The notes below the pieces were generated by a model. That model made no database searches, was not told where the DNA came from, and worked only from the letters and a program-made list of their open reading frames with translations. Of a stretch of 64,000 bases of DNA, positions 1 through 11,499 are shown in pieces (positions within the stretch are counted from its first letter, which is position 1; every line of letters starts with the position of its first letter). This DNA is from a virus: positions 124,475 to 188,474 of IMG/VR virus record IMGVR_UViG_3300045988_152007; one strand, written 5' to 3'. Both the position numbers and the translations under genes were made by a program.

Positions 1-2109
1 CTTGGTGTTTATCCTAAAAAAGATGCTACTGATAGTTGGCCAAGTAATAATAATTCTTCTAATGAAAATAATAATAATAATAATAAAAATGACAATTATA
101 AAGATGATAACACATTAGATCCGGGTTTTGGTATTCCTGCCTCTTGGTGGCGTAAAGGCCAAGGGACTGGAGATTTAGAAAATTACGGCATTATGCTAAT
201 ATCTAATACAAAAGAATTAGATCCAGGTTTTATGGTACCAGAGCTAGGTTCTACAGTGTTAGATCCAGATTTTATGTTACCACCAGATCAAGAAAATAAT
301 GCAAATAAAAATAATAATTCTTCTAATGATAAGTCTGATGATAATAATAATAATACAACGATTAATGAATCTAAAGAATATTATTTAACTATAATAAAAA
401 ATATAGATAATAAAAATATTTTAGGCTATTATGATAGCGAAGGCTAGTGGATTTAGGTTTACGAATTAACTGAAGAACTTTCATTAAGAAATATAGAAAA
501 TTTTTTAAATACTATTAAAATTAATTATTATATTAAAATTATTAAAGATATAAATTTTGATGAAAAAAATAAGGATTATGATTTTAGTTTTATTGATTCT
601 AATAATTTAATTTCTATAAATAATACTATTGTTGCTAGTTATAAATTAATTAGTTACAATGAATCTAAAAAGAAGACAGAATATAGTTATGTATTTCCTA
701 ATAATTATCCAGTAATAAAAAATAAAAATAATGAAACTGTTATTACTGAAGAAGAACACAACGATTTAGTTAAAAAATTATTAGAATATTATAAAACAAA
801 TAAAGATGATTTAACTTCAGATATTGAACTAATTTATAGTTATAAAAATATGGAAGAAATTCCTAAAGATGATTCATCTAAGCCAAATAAACCTGGCAAT
901 TCAGAAGATAATAATATACCTGGTCCTACTCCTAGAGATCCAAATTATGGAATTATGCCTTTAGATGTTTTAGATCCAGGTTTTACATTAAAACCCAATG
1001 AAGAGAATAATAATAAAGATAATACATCAAATGGAAATACATCGGGAGGAAGTAATTTATTGTTACCATTCTTAGATCCAGTAGATGGTAAAAAAGATTA
1101 GTTAAAAATCTTAGGTGATTAGGAAGATATAATAAAAAAAATTTTTATTTTGCGTGATGATGGTAATTATTCATTAAATGAAATTATTGAAGAAATTACT
1201 AAAGCTTATAATTCTAATATTCTTGATTTTTCTACTATTAATGATAATAATAAAATTAAAATTATTACATATACTCCTAAAGAACCTCCTTTTGATTATG
1301 AAGATAATTTTTATTTTACTTTAATTGGTACTCCTTGTAATGAATGGCGTGAAGAATTATTTAGACAAGCTTTATTAAATAATGAAAATGGCACTCAGAA
1401 AGGAGACTATGATGATGAATTATTAGCTAAAATAGATGGTGAATATCTGTGGCGTAAACAAATATTTAATCCTTAGAATGAAACTTGGCATGAAGAATGG
1501 CGGAATCAAATTGATTAGATTGAATCAAAAAATTCTTCTGAAAAAAATCAAAATGAAGAAATCATACCTGATACTTGGATTGGATGGAATCCTGCTATTT
1601 ATCTTGATCCTAGCTTAATAACATATTGGTTAGATTTTATTGATGTAGATTAGTTAGTATCTAGATATTCAGTTAATAAAATAGGTCGGCGTACTAAAGC
1701 ATTGACTAAAACTAATATGAGTCTTTTATATAAATTAGAAGTGCCTGATATCATATTTTTTGAAAATACTGGGGAAGCAGATTTAATTCAAAAGATAGAA
1801 GATTATACATTAAAAGGTTAGGCTTATTGTGCTTTAAAACCGGGGCAAATGAAATTATTTAGTTCTAGCGGAACAGGAAGTACGGCATTTGATTATATAA
1901 GAGAAATGTTATATTAGTATTTAATTTATAATTTAACTGTTACTATTAACTGTGCGCCAAGATATTATTTAGAACCTAATAATTTAATTTATATAAATGA
2001 TAGAAAAAGTAATATACAAGGGGAATTTGTTATAACTCAATATACTCTTCCTTTAACTTATAATGGAAATATGTCGATTACAACAAATGAAGCTTTAACA
2101 AGAGTATAA
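1..2109 (+). CDS. Large structural protein, truncated at its 5' end, with repeated LDPGF motifs. Probably a tail or baseplate component. It contains many in-frame TAG codons.
   Basis: One continuous frame runs through ORF-track pieces 193-447, 850-1101 and 1150-1476 and on to TAA at 2107-2109, once TAG is read as sense. A GGAGG Shine-Dalgarno for the next gene follows immediately. The C-terminal part is beta-rich. Confidence 0.5.
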
Positions 2110-2120
2110 GGAGGTAAATA

Positions 2121-2822
2121 ATGGGAATTCAATTTAAACAAATTGTTTATAATTTAGAGGACTATGGTGGTTCTGGTGGATTAGTTTCTACTAAATAGGG
2201 AGATTTATCTGAATTAGTATATAGTGCTGTATATCAGAATAATTTAAATGATTCTACTGAAACTACTACCAATGATGAAACAGATTATGAAAATAAAAAA
2301 ATAGATATTTTTGGAGTTAATATTTTAAAAGGCTTCAATAATGTAAAAAAAATAGGTATTTAGGCGCCCCCTGGTACTAAATTCACTTTTAATAAAGCAA
2401 CTACGCAAGATACTGGAGAATGGATTATGGTTGGACGTACTGGTATTTATGAACTTAATGATGATATTGTAATTAATTATTTAAGATTTCAACGTCCTTA
2501 GAATTATATTGTAAATAAAGAATTAAGTCAATAGTTATAGGCTACTGGAACTGGAATAATGAAAGTGGCAAGAGATATATTTTTATAGAAAATTAATGAA
2601 TTAGAAAAAACATTAGGTTAGGCTCCTGATCGCACTGAAGCTGGTTCAGAATATTGGACTGAATATAATAATGCTCATCAAAATTATATAACTTAGTATA
2701 AAAGTGGTTTAGGAATTTATTTAAAAGGTAAAGCAGGAGTATATGTACCTGATCCAACTATTGTAGATTTATATAATATAATTATAGACTTTACTTATGA
2801 AACATATGAAGGGGGAGACTAA
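2121..2822 (+). CDS. Hypothetical late or structural protein of about 233 aa, with about 8 in-frame TAG codons.
   Basis: GGAGGT Shine-Dalgarno 8 nt upstream of ATG 2121. The frame stays open to TAA 2820-2822 only if TAG is sense. Confidence 0.45.
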
Positions 2823-2825
2823 TAA

Positions 2826-5723
2826 ATGTATAGCTTTTATGGGGGACAAAAAGGGCAAGACTTTAAAATAACACGAATATTTGCCAATCGTGCTATTGAC
2901 ATGGTTGGAGATTTAAAAGCAAGATGGACTTCTCCTGTAAATGTTGGAGATTATGTTTTTATTAATTATGGTGATCCATCTTATATGAATGAAGAAACCT
3001 CCAACTATAATATTAATCTTCAGATAGATTTAAAAGATAGCGGAAAATCATATACTAATTCATTGTGGTAGAAAATCTATGTAGATAGAAATTTAACAGT
3101 TTCTCCAGATTTTCCTTAGAATGATAATAATATTTATATTTTCTTAAATTTAGAAGAAGATAATAAAGAAGAATATGGAGAATCTCTTCATGAAGTATCT
3201 GATTTAGAAAGTGAAGAATGTTTTGGTTTTGGATATCGTTTAATTGCTTGCGTAACTGGCGTTACTCCTCGTATTCAAGTATTTCATTAGACTATAGATA
3301 TTGAAGATGGAGATCCTTATGTTACTTTAGATTTAACCAATCCTGATACTCCTAAAATTAAATTTTATTTACAACGTGGATAGCGTATTGAAGAAGTATA
3401 TAAAAATATAGTTGGCTCTTAGGAAGATCCAAATGTTTATTTTAAAACTGAAGGAACTTATTTTGATAAAAATGGAAATATTAAGACAGCAACATTAACT
3501 AGGCCTCAATTAACTTTTGATTTGCCTAAAGCTCCAACATTTTTTTCTGGTTCTTTATTTGGATTAGGACCATTATCTTATTTTCATAATATGGGTAATT
3601 ATAAAACTTATGGATATCAAAATTATGATTATAAATATACAATTCGGGAAAATTAGGTTTCTATACTATCACGAATTTCGTATTATTTATTGCATATCCT
3701 AAAAGAAGATAAAATAATATATGATGAAAATGGGAATATTATTGATAATAAACATTTTTTCAATAATAATTTAAATGCAATATATACTTAGCCTGATGAA
3801 AGAGTTTTATTTAATCCTCAAAATAATTTAAAAATAACTAAATTATCTTAGCAATTATATACTTATTTAGTTGATAATTTTAAATTATAGCAAATTAAAA
3901 ATGAGTTAAAATATGAATGGTACTGGATAGATTCAGAATATAATCCAAGTAGCCAATAGAATTTATTTTATTTATTTAATGATATGTATCCTAGATCTTT
4001 GATTTAGGTTGATCAAATAATATATTCTTTATTTAATATTTTATTAAAGTTAATAAATAATAATAAAAAAGATGACATTAGTTCTGTATATTATTTTGAA
4101 AATAGTAGTATAGCTAATTATTGTTTATCAATATTAGCTGAATATGCTACATTAGGAGATCATTTTTATGATATAACTAATAATGGCTATAAAGCTGATT
4201 TCTATATAAATGAGCCAACTGGGAAAATTTATAGCTTATATGAGATAACTTCTTCTTAGATTACTGGCATTTATTTAGGGGCTATTACAGCACCGGCTCC
4301 ATTAGCTAAAACAGAATTAGTTGATTCTTTTATTAAAGATAAAGATAATAGTTACATTAAAAATTAGATTGTAGTTGAAAGTGGTATTTTAGAAGAAGAT
4401 AATATTGGTACTTATTAGGAAATTTTTAATTTTTCCATTCCTAAATATCCTGATATATCAATAAAAACTATAAATGTTAAAAATGAATAGACTTATAAAG
4501 TATCTAATATAAAACCTATAAGTAAAAATATGGAACAAATCGATTTAGAAACTCCTTTGCCTATCCATATCCTTACTCCTAAAAATTCTGGATTAACTGT
4601 TTCTATAGATACAATTAATAATAATATTGAAAAAGTAATAGGTAATAAAGAGAGTTATATTGGTCCTATTCTTTCTAAAAATGATTTATTTATTAATATT
4701 ACAGATAATTTAAGTGATTCTACACGTGGACATATTTTTTAGTATAAAAAAGATCCAGTCCAATCATTAGAAGATTAGGAGTTTTTATTTGATAATTGGG
4801 AAAAAATTGGTACTTTAACTGGTTTGCCTGGAATCCCATTAGCTAAAAAAATTATTAATATAACTGCTGTAGAACATTTATCAAATAATATTGTTTATGA
4901 AGGTTCTGAGGGCAATGGTAATAATGATTATATTTTTAATTACAATATTTTAAAAACATATTATGTAGATCATGTTAATGATGGATTAGAATTTATTATC
5001 AAACAAATATTAAATGGAACTAAATTAAATCAAGAAGCAATAAAAAATGCAGGTAGTAGCACTCCATAGTTAATAATTAATTTTGGAGATAATGCTGGGG
5101 CTAATTTGCCTGATTTAACAATTAATTCTGACAGTGGAGAAGTAATTCTTATTAATTTTTATAATCCTACATTAACTAGCAGTTATTGGGGACTTTATAT
5201 TCAAAATAATTGGGATTTAATATCTGTTTCAGGTAACAGCCAGGATTCTATTATTTCAATACAATAGAATCCTTAGCAAGAAATTAGTAAAAAAACTGCT
5301 TATTCTAGTTGGTATTTAGATACTCAATATTTAAACAATAATTTAGTTTGGAATAAATGGATTGGAATTACTACAAAAAATCTTGTAGATACTTCAATAT
5401 CTATTGATGGAATTTCAAAAACAAATATCCCAAAATTTACAGCTAAAGAAGGAGATAAAATAACAATTCATACACTTAGTAGGAATAAATCTACAACGGA
5501 AATAGGAGAAATAACTAGTAAAATTTTTTATAATAATACGTTGATGAAAGAATCTGCTAAATGTTAGGTTGCTCCGTCAGAAGGATTATGGGGATATGCT
5601 GAAGTAACTTATGAATTTAACTTAAAGAATGATATATCTATTAAAGTCATAAGTGAAAAATATCCAGATTCTTCTCCTTATGTTTTTGGGCAAAATGTTT
5701 ATATTACAGATTATTTAGATTAA
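2826..5723 (+). CDS. Large structural protein of about 965 aa, TAG-dense. Putatively a tail fibre or baseplate protein.
   Basis: ATG 2826 directly follows the previous stop. A single frame runs to TAA 5721-5723 and joins ORF-track fragments 2826-3071, 4530-4742 and 4824-5069 across more than 20 TAG codons. Confidence 0.5.
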
Positions 5724-5736
5724 GGAGGAATTTTAA

Positions 5737-6144
5737 ATGGATGCTCAATTAATTGCGCAAATATTTCAAATTTGTATTATTCCTTTACTTGGAATTTTAA
5801 CGACATTCTTAGTTGCTTGGATTAAATCTAAAAAAGATGCTTTAAAGCAACAAACAGATAGCGAATTAGCTAAAAAATATTTAGATATGCTTGATAATAC
5901 AATTACTGATTGTGTTATTGCAATGAATTAGACTTATGTTAATTCATTAAAACAGCAAGGAAAATTTGATGGCGAAGCGCAGAAAAAAGCATTTACTGAT
6001 GTTTATAATAAAGTAATTGCTATTTTAGGTCAAGACGCTATCGAATATTTGAATTCTGCTGTTGGAGATCTCAATGAATATATTTCTTCTAAAATTGAGA
6101 AAGAAGTTAATTCAAATAAAATTACTCCAACAGAAACAAAATAA
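5737..6144 (+). CDS. Small membrane protein with an N-terminal transmembrane helix and a hydrophilic tail. Holin-like candidate.
   Basis: AGGAGG Shine-Dalgarno before ATG 5737. The hydrophobic segment is IIPLLGILTTFLVAW. One in-frame TAG at 5929-5931. TAA at 6142-6144 is followed by a strong terminator. Confidence 0.4.
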
Positions 6145-6150
6145 TAAAAT

Positions 6151-6183
6151 GGGAGAACCAATGCGGTTCTCCCATTTTTTTTA
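6151..6183 (+). terminator. Rho-independent terminator.
   Basis: Perfect 9-bp stem GGGAGAACC/GGTTCTCCC with a 5-nt loop, followed by a T9 run. Confidence 0.75.
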
Positions 6184-6228
6184 TGCTTATTTATTATATT
6201 AAAATGCCCTAAATTTTTTCCCAAAAAT

Positions 6229-6280
6229 TTTGACAAAATTGGGAAATTATTTGACAATATTTTTTATATAAGTATAGAAA
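6229..6280 (+). promoter_or_regulatory. Sigma70-like promoter candidate with duplicated TTGACA -35 boxes and an AT-rich TATA region.
   Basis: TTGACA at 6229 and at 6251, followed by tatataagtataga, about 25 nt upstream of the 6306 start. Confidence 0.3.
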
Positions 6281-6305
6281 GAATAAATAAGAAAGGATTT
6301 TAGTT

Positions 6306-6737
6306 ATGAATTTATATCAAGGTTTTGGAAATAATCAAAGTTATTATCAACCACAAAGGACCAATACAATAATACCTCCGAGTTAGTAGCCATAGCCTGC
6401 TTTTATTGGACTAAAAGGTCGTCCAGTTTCTTCATTAGAAGAAGCAAGAGCTGCTGCTATTGATTTTGATGGTTCTGTATTTTTCTTTCCTGATTTGGCT
6501 AATAAAAGGATTTATACTAAGCAAATTAATTTAGATGGAACAGCATCTATGAATATGTATGAGTATAAAGAAGTCCCTACTGAAGCTTTTAATTCATCTA
6601 ATTTTGTTACTCGTTAGGAATTTGATGAAACATTAAATGATATTAAAGGCGCATTAAATATGATTGCTTAGTAGACTTAGCAATAGAAACAATAGCCAAA
6701 AGTGGAAGAATAGCCTAAATAGCAAATTAATTTTTAA
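6306..6737 (+). CDS. Hypothetical protein with a Gln(TAG)-rich tail.
   Basis: ATG 6306 with an AAAGGA Shine-Dalgarno. About 12 in-frame TAGs clustered at positions 27-31 and in the last 25 residues. TAA 6735-6737. Confidence 0.45.
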
Positions 6738-6750
6738 GGAGTAATAAGTT

Positions 6751-6987
6751 ATGCAAATAAATCCTATGTAGATTATTCAAATGATAAAAGGTGGGTCTAA
6801 TCCTCAATAGTTAATAATGTCATTTTTATAGCAATAGAATAATCCAATGGCAAATAATTTACTATAGATGGCATAGAATGGAAATATCAGTGGAATAGAA
6901 CAGATAGCGCGTAATATATGCGCATAGAAAGGGTTAGACTTTGATAAAGAATTTAATTCCTTTAAGCAATAGCTTGGGATTAAATAA
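6751..6987 (+). CDS. Small protein, extremely TAG-dense (about 10 of 78 codons).
   Basis: AAGGAG Shine-Dalgarno 9 nt upstream of ATG 6751. TAA 6985-6987. Confidence 0.4.
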
Positions 6988-7013
6988 TATTTTTATTAAA
7001 GGAGGACATTTAT

Positions 7014-7286
7014 ATGTTCAACACAAGTAATGGTTATAGTTTAGCTGATATTGCCGCAGCCACAGGCGGTAATGGATACCGTAATGGTGATGATGGTATG
7101 TGGGGTAATGGTGCATGGTGGATAATTATTCTCTTCCTTTTCTGCTTCAATGGCTGGGGCGGAAATGGCTGGGGTAACGGCGCCAATGGTTCTGGATATC
7201 AGGGAACTACAACAAGAGAAGAATTAACTTATGGCTTTGATGTAAGTGTTGAAAATGCCAGTCTTATTATAGAAAGGGTGGCTTGA
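7014..7286 (+). CDS. Small Gly/Trp/Asn-rich membrane protein.
   Basis: AAAGGAGGA Shine-Dalgarno. Hydrophobic core AWWIIILFLFCF flanked by GNGWGNGANGSG repeats. Ends with TGA, so TGA is a stop here. Confidence 0.45.
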   Translation: MFNTSNGYSLADIAAATGGNGYRNGDDGMWGNGAWWIIILFLFCFNGWGGNGWGNGANGSGYQGTTTREELTYGFDVSVENASLIIERVA

Positions 7287-7288
7287 CT

Positions 7289-7840
7289 ATGATGGAAAAA
7301 TTATGTTAGATTAAAAATAGTTTAATAACTTTAGTTGAATAGCAAATGGCTAATCCTCAACAAGCAGATACCCATGAAATGGGAGAAGTTATTGATATGA
7401 TTAAAGATTTGGCCGAAGCTTGTTATTATGGATCAATTGTAGATGCTATGTTAGAGAGCAAGGAAGAAGAAATTTATGGCATCGGTATGATGAAAGATCC
7501 TCGTAAACGCAAAAATCCATATCCTTATTATGTAAATAATGATTATTATGGAGATAAACATTATAATAAGGATTATGATGGTGGATATAATGGTTATAAT
7601 TATACAGGCACAGGCGGAATGAATGATGATAGTAAAAAAATGGGCCATAGCCCAATGAAGCGTAAATCTTACATTGAAAGTAAGGAACTTCATATGGACT
7701 AGGCCCAATAGATGAGAGAGTTAGAAGATTATGCCCAAGTTCTAACTTCTGATCTTTTAGAAATGATTCAGGATGCTACTCCTGAAGAAAAACAATTATT
7801 ACAAAGAAAGATAGCTACATTAGCTACAAAAATTGTATAA
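7289..7840 (+). CDS. Hypothetical protein with a Tyr/Asn/Gly-rich low-complexity centre.
   Basis: The ATGATG start overlaps the upstream TGA. Four in-frame TAGs. TAA 7838-7840 is followed by a terminator. Confidence 0.45.
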
Positions 7841-7852
7841 GAATAACAAATA

Positions 7853-7887
7853 AAGGGAAGCAATTGCTTCCCTTTATTTTTTTATTG
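7853..7887. terminator. Bidirectional intrinsic terminator at the point where the rightward and leftward gene blocks converge.
   Basis: 10-bp perfect stem AAAGGGAAGC/GCTTCCCTTT with loop AATT, followed by TTTTTTTATT. Confidence 0.7.
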
Positions 7888-8319
7888 TTGTGCATTATGG
7901 ACAGGTAATTGGACCGCCCGGTCATAATAAGTTTTTGCTTGACCATTTCCGCCTAAGCCAGCGTAAACCTTATAAAATTCTACTAATTGTTCATATTCAG
8001 TGTTTGTCATAAATCCTTGCTGAATATAGGCTTTACACAATTGAGTTAATCTAAAACGATAAGAAGTTAAAATTAAATTCATATGTTTATTAGCGACAGT
8101 ATTGCTTTCTAGTACATACTTTCGCAGTTCTTCAATTTCTTGGCGAATTGGTTCAATATGAGTTTCAATTGTGGTGTCTAAAGTATTATTTTCTTTTTCT
8201 TCAACTAGCTTTTTATAAGTTTTCATTTTACCATAAAGACATTTACAGAAGGCTAAGGCGCCTGCAGAAATTAGTCCAAAAATAATTTCAAGCAGATGTG
8301 TTGTAATAAATTCTAACAT
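7882..8319 (-). CDS. Hypothetical protein with an N-terminal transmembrane helix.
   Basis: 145-aa ORF. GGGAGGA Shine-Dalgarno upstream. It is the last gene of the leftward block. Confidence 0.5.
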   Translation of the reverse strand: MLEFITTHLLEIIFGLISAGALAFCKCLYGKMKTYKKLVEEKENNTLDTTIETHIEPIRQEIEELRKYVLESNTVANKHMNLILTSYRFRLTQLCKAYIQQGFMTNTEYEQLVEFYKVYAGLGGNGQAKTYYDRAVQLPVHNAQQ

Positions 8320-8427
8320 TTATATAATCCTCCCGACATGAATTTGTCGCTCTTTCTTATTATAAATGAAAGAAAGAATTATATAATTGTATAAAATTGC
8401 CCGTCATTCCCAATTTAATTCATCCTA

Positions 8428-8910
8428 CTATGCTTTAAAATATGCAGTATATAAACATATAGCATCACAGACATCATCATTGGCGTCGATACCATACGTA
8501 TCTTTTACATATTTTATATCAAGAGGTTTAAGGTTTTCACGTTTAATGCCGCGGCCTGTTTTAATTCCTAAATTTTTTCGCCATTCACTAGCTTGCATAA
8601 ATTCTATGCTTTTGGAATTTATATTATCATTTACACTATGAGCGCCAAGGACTATAGATCCTTGAAGCCACATAAGTAATCGAGCAGTATCTGAATAACC
8701 ATAAGCTTCTGGATGAACATCTTCAGCAATTAATTTTTCTATATTATATTGTTTTACTAATTCTATAATTCCACTTTGTATCTTTTGAATACGACTTATA
8801 TTGTTAGAAGAAGATGCAGTAAGTAAACCATAAGTAATTAACTTACCTTTATCGTCTGATATAGCATATCCAGTAGATTTAGTGGATAAGTCTAAAAATA
8901 AAAAATTCAT
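8428..8910 (-). CDS. ruvC: RuvC-like Holliday junction resolvase.
   Basis: N-terminal FLDLSTKSTGYAI catalytic-Asp motif and an overall RuvC/RNase-H fold pattern. 160 aa. Confidence 0.75.
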   Translation of the reverse strand: MNFLFLDLSTKSTGYAISDDKGKLITYGLLTASSSNNISRIQKIQSGIIELVKQYNIEKLIAEDVHPEAYGYSDTARLLMWLQGSIVLGAHSVNDNINSKSIEFMQASEWRKNLGIKTGRGIKRENLKPLDIKYVKDTYGIDANDDVCDAICLYTAYFKA

Positions 8911-8952
8911 ATAAATCTCCTCCTATTATAGAAGGAGATTATTATTTATTGA

Positions 8953-9501
8953 TTAATTATTAACGTCCTTACTGGTTGAACCAAATCCACCAATTCTTGT
9001 GCCTTCAGCCTTATCATCATCTGTAATAAGGTAGTTTCGAATAACGCCCTGACCGATAATATCTCCTTTGGCAATTTCAATATCAAAAGGAGAAAGATTA
9101 ATTAATTGGAAATAAATATGTCCTTCATTATCAGGATTGTTATAATAATCAGCATCAATAATGCCAACTCCATTAGCAAGGATAATCCAATGTTTTAAAG
9201 GTAAAGAAGAACGAACAGATAACTCAAGAAATTGACCATCTTCCATATGACATTTCATTCCAGTAGGAATAAGTGTAGGTTTTAGTTTAAGCTCTTTAGT
9301 AATTTTAGCCATATCATTTAATGAAATAATATTATTAGTGGCTGCACCATTTTTAAAAGCTTCTACGATATGCGTATATGAAGGAATTACAACATCTTCA
9401 GCAGATGCAAAGTCATAACCTGCACTATATTTCGTTTTTCGTTCTGGCATTGGTAAATTCCAATCATTATATTTACTTACCTTTTCAAAATAAATACTCA
9501 T
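8953..9501 (-). CDS. dut: dUTP pyrophosphatase.
   Basis: SAGYDF motif and a C-terminal GGFGSTSK motif, typical of trimeric dUTPases. Confidence 0.85.
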   Translation of the reverse strand: MSIYFEKVSKYNDWNLPMPERKTKYSAGYDFASAEDVVIPSYTHIVEAFKNGAATNNIISLNDMAKITKELKLKPTLIPTGMKCHMEDGQFLELSVRSSLPLKHWIILANGVGIIDADYYNNPDNEGHIYFQLINLSPFDIEIAKGDIIGQGVIRNYLITDDDKAEGTRIGGFGSTSKDVNN

Positions 9502-9519
9502 TAGTTAATTGTAGTCTCC

Positions 9520-9780
9520 CCATCAAAATTAGTTCTGGTTGTATAACAAAGTGAAATATGATCTGTCGGTTCTTTTTCATCATTAAATTTTTTTACAAGA
9601 GTTACTTGATACCATTCATCAACAATCTCGCCCTTCTATTTGCGTTCTTTCTTTGTAGAAGAATATTTAGCTAAATCATATTCTCTATCTTGCTTGGCAT
9701 TATTAATAAGTTCAGCCGCTTCTTTTTCTGTATCTACTCTATATACTTCAGTGGTATTAATTAAATATTCAAACATAGTT
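9520..9780 (-). CDS. Small hypothetical protein with 1 TAG.
   Basis: Reconstructed ORF MFEYLINTTEVYRV...; not in the ORF track because of the internal TAG. Confidence 0.3.
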
Positions 9781-9789
9781 TCTCCTATT

Positions 9790-10048
9790 AATTTACATAA
9801 ATTTTAATATTGTTATTACTATATTTAGTAATTAAAGAGTTTTCAATAGTTTCTTTAAGTCCTTCGCCATAAGTCTAATTGCCATAAAGATGAATATCAC
9901 TATCTTTATATTGTTCTGATAATTTAGTTAAAGTATCGCTAAGGTTATCAAGACGGCAAGTACAAACCATAATAGGCTTTTTATCATTTGGACCTTGATA
10001 ATAAATAATTTGTGTTGTATTAAATAAATCAAAATAAGTAAATAACAT
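9790..10048 (-). CDS. Small hypothetical protein with 1 TAG.
   Basis: Reconstructed ORF MLFTYFDLFNTTQIIYYQGP... ending in TAA. Confidence 0.3.
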
Positions 10049-10050
10049 AA

Positions 10051-10416
10051 TTATCTCCCTATCACTGGAACAATGCCAGCATCATAATCAAATAAATGAT
10101 AGCAATGAGTTTCATCATTATTTGTAATCCAAATTTCAATTGCCCCAGAACCACTATCATTAATATCTTTAATTTGACCTAAGTTCTTAATAATATCATA
10201 AACGGCGGAACTCATATTAAGATAAGGATCATCATTGCTTAAACTATTAGTTTCAAATACTGTATAATAATTTAATTCATTACATAAAAGCATAAAATAT
10301 TTATTATTACTTTCTTGAACATATTTATCAATGACTTCTAATTTTTTATCTATTTCTTCTGGAGTAAGTTCTTTCATTTGGCCAATTACGCATTTATTTA
10401 ATTCATAATTGCTCAT
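10051..10416 (-). CDS. Hypothetical protein.
   Basis: 121-aa ORF, tightly packed against its neighbours. Confidence 0.5.
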   Translation of the reverse strand: MSNYELNKCVIGQMKELTPEEIDKKLEVIDKYVQESNNKYFMLLCNELNYYTVFETNSLSNDDPYLNMSSAVYDIIKNLGQIKDINDSGSGAIEIWITNNDETHCYHLFDYDAGIVPVIGR

Positions 10417-10562
10417 TTTAAAATCAACACCATCAGTTAGAACATTCCATTCAGTGCCAGACCAAACATAATTATGAGTATCAGTTGTATTATAAAATAC
10501 ATCTCCTACTCGTGGTTCTTTCTATATTGCTTCTTCTAAAGTGGCAATTTTTCCTCTATATC

Positions 10563-11075
10563 TCATTTATTAATCTCCTTTAAATTTATGATATTTTGAT
10601 TTTTACTACCTCTCATTGAGAGTGTAATATCTCTTTGAGACTGAATATATGGACCGTCAATTAATACATCAGCTTTTTTGAGAATTTCTTGAAGCTTACC
10701 ATTAGTAATTTGCTTAATTAAATCGTCATAATAATATCCAGTCCAAATATAAATTTTAGTATTAGGAAGCTTTTCTTTAATTGTATTAATAAGAAGTAGA
10801 GTAAGTAATTGATTTTGTTCACATAATGGTTCGCCACCCATTATACAAAAATCTCTATGAATGCCATTTGCTTGAAGAGCTTGGAATATTTCTCCAAAAG
10901 TATCATTAGTAAATTCTTTACCTTTCTCAAAATCCCAAGTTTCAGGATTGTGGCATCCTGGACAATGATGTGGGCAACCTTGGGTGAAAAAGGAGACACA
11001 TACTCCCGGAGCTGCGGCAATATCATTTTTTATAATTCCTGCGTATTTCATTCTATAACCTCCCAAGAGCAACAA
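10563..11075 (-). CDS. nrdG: Anaerobic ribonucleotide reductase activating protein (radical SAM).
   Basis: GCPHHCPGCHNPETW cluster. Small size. Sits next to nrdD. The true start is probably the internal MKYAGII. Confidence 0.8.
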   Translation of the reverse strand: MLLLGGYRMKYAGIIKNDIAAAPGVCVSFFTQGCPHHCPGCHNPETWDFEKGKEFTNDTFGEIFQALQANGIHRDFCIMGGEPLCEQNQLLTLLLINTIKEKLPNTKIYIWTGYYYDDLIKQITNGKLQEILKKADVLIDGPYIQSQRDITLSMRGSKNQNIINLKEINK

Positions 11076-11396
11076 TATAAATCACAACAAGGAATAATTA
11101 CTTGTTCTAATATTTCTTTATTATCATAATCTTTAGATATTTTTACTTTATTAAATCTATAGCCTCTAGTATCCTAGGTTATAGGTAACCATATCCATCG
11201 CTCATTATTTTCTTGCCATTCTATACGAGTTTTTGATATTCTGATTGGTATAATATTATTTTTATTCAAATAATCATAGACTTCTTGTGAATTATTCGTT
11301 ATATAAGCACAGCACACTATCTAATTAGAACAAGGATATTTTCTTCCTTCTTCCTAATTAAAATAGTTGGCTAAGTCATAAATTGAACGTATCATT
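11030..11396 (-). CDS. Hypothetical Cys-rich small protein with 3 TAGs.
   Basis: Reconstructed frame overlapping the nrdG start. Boundaries are uncertain. Confidence 0.25.
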
Positions 11397-11499
11397 CCAT
11401 CTACCCCGTATGCTTTACTCGTGCTTCTACTTCTTTCTATTTGCCATAGTTAAAAGCAGTTTTATAATTTCCAGTTAAGTAGCCGGTTACACGACGTAG

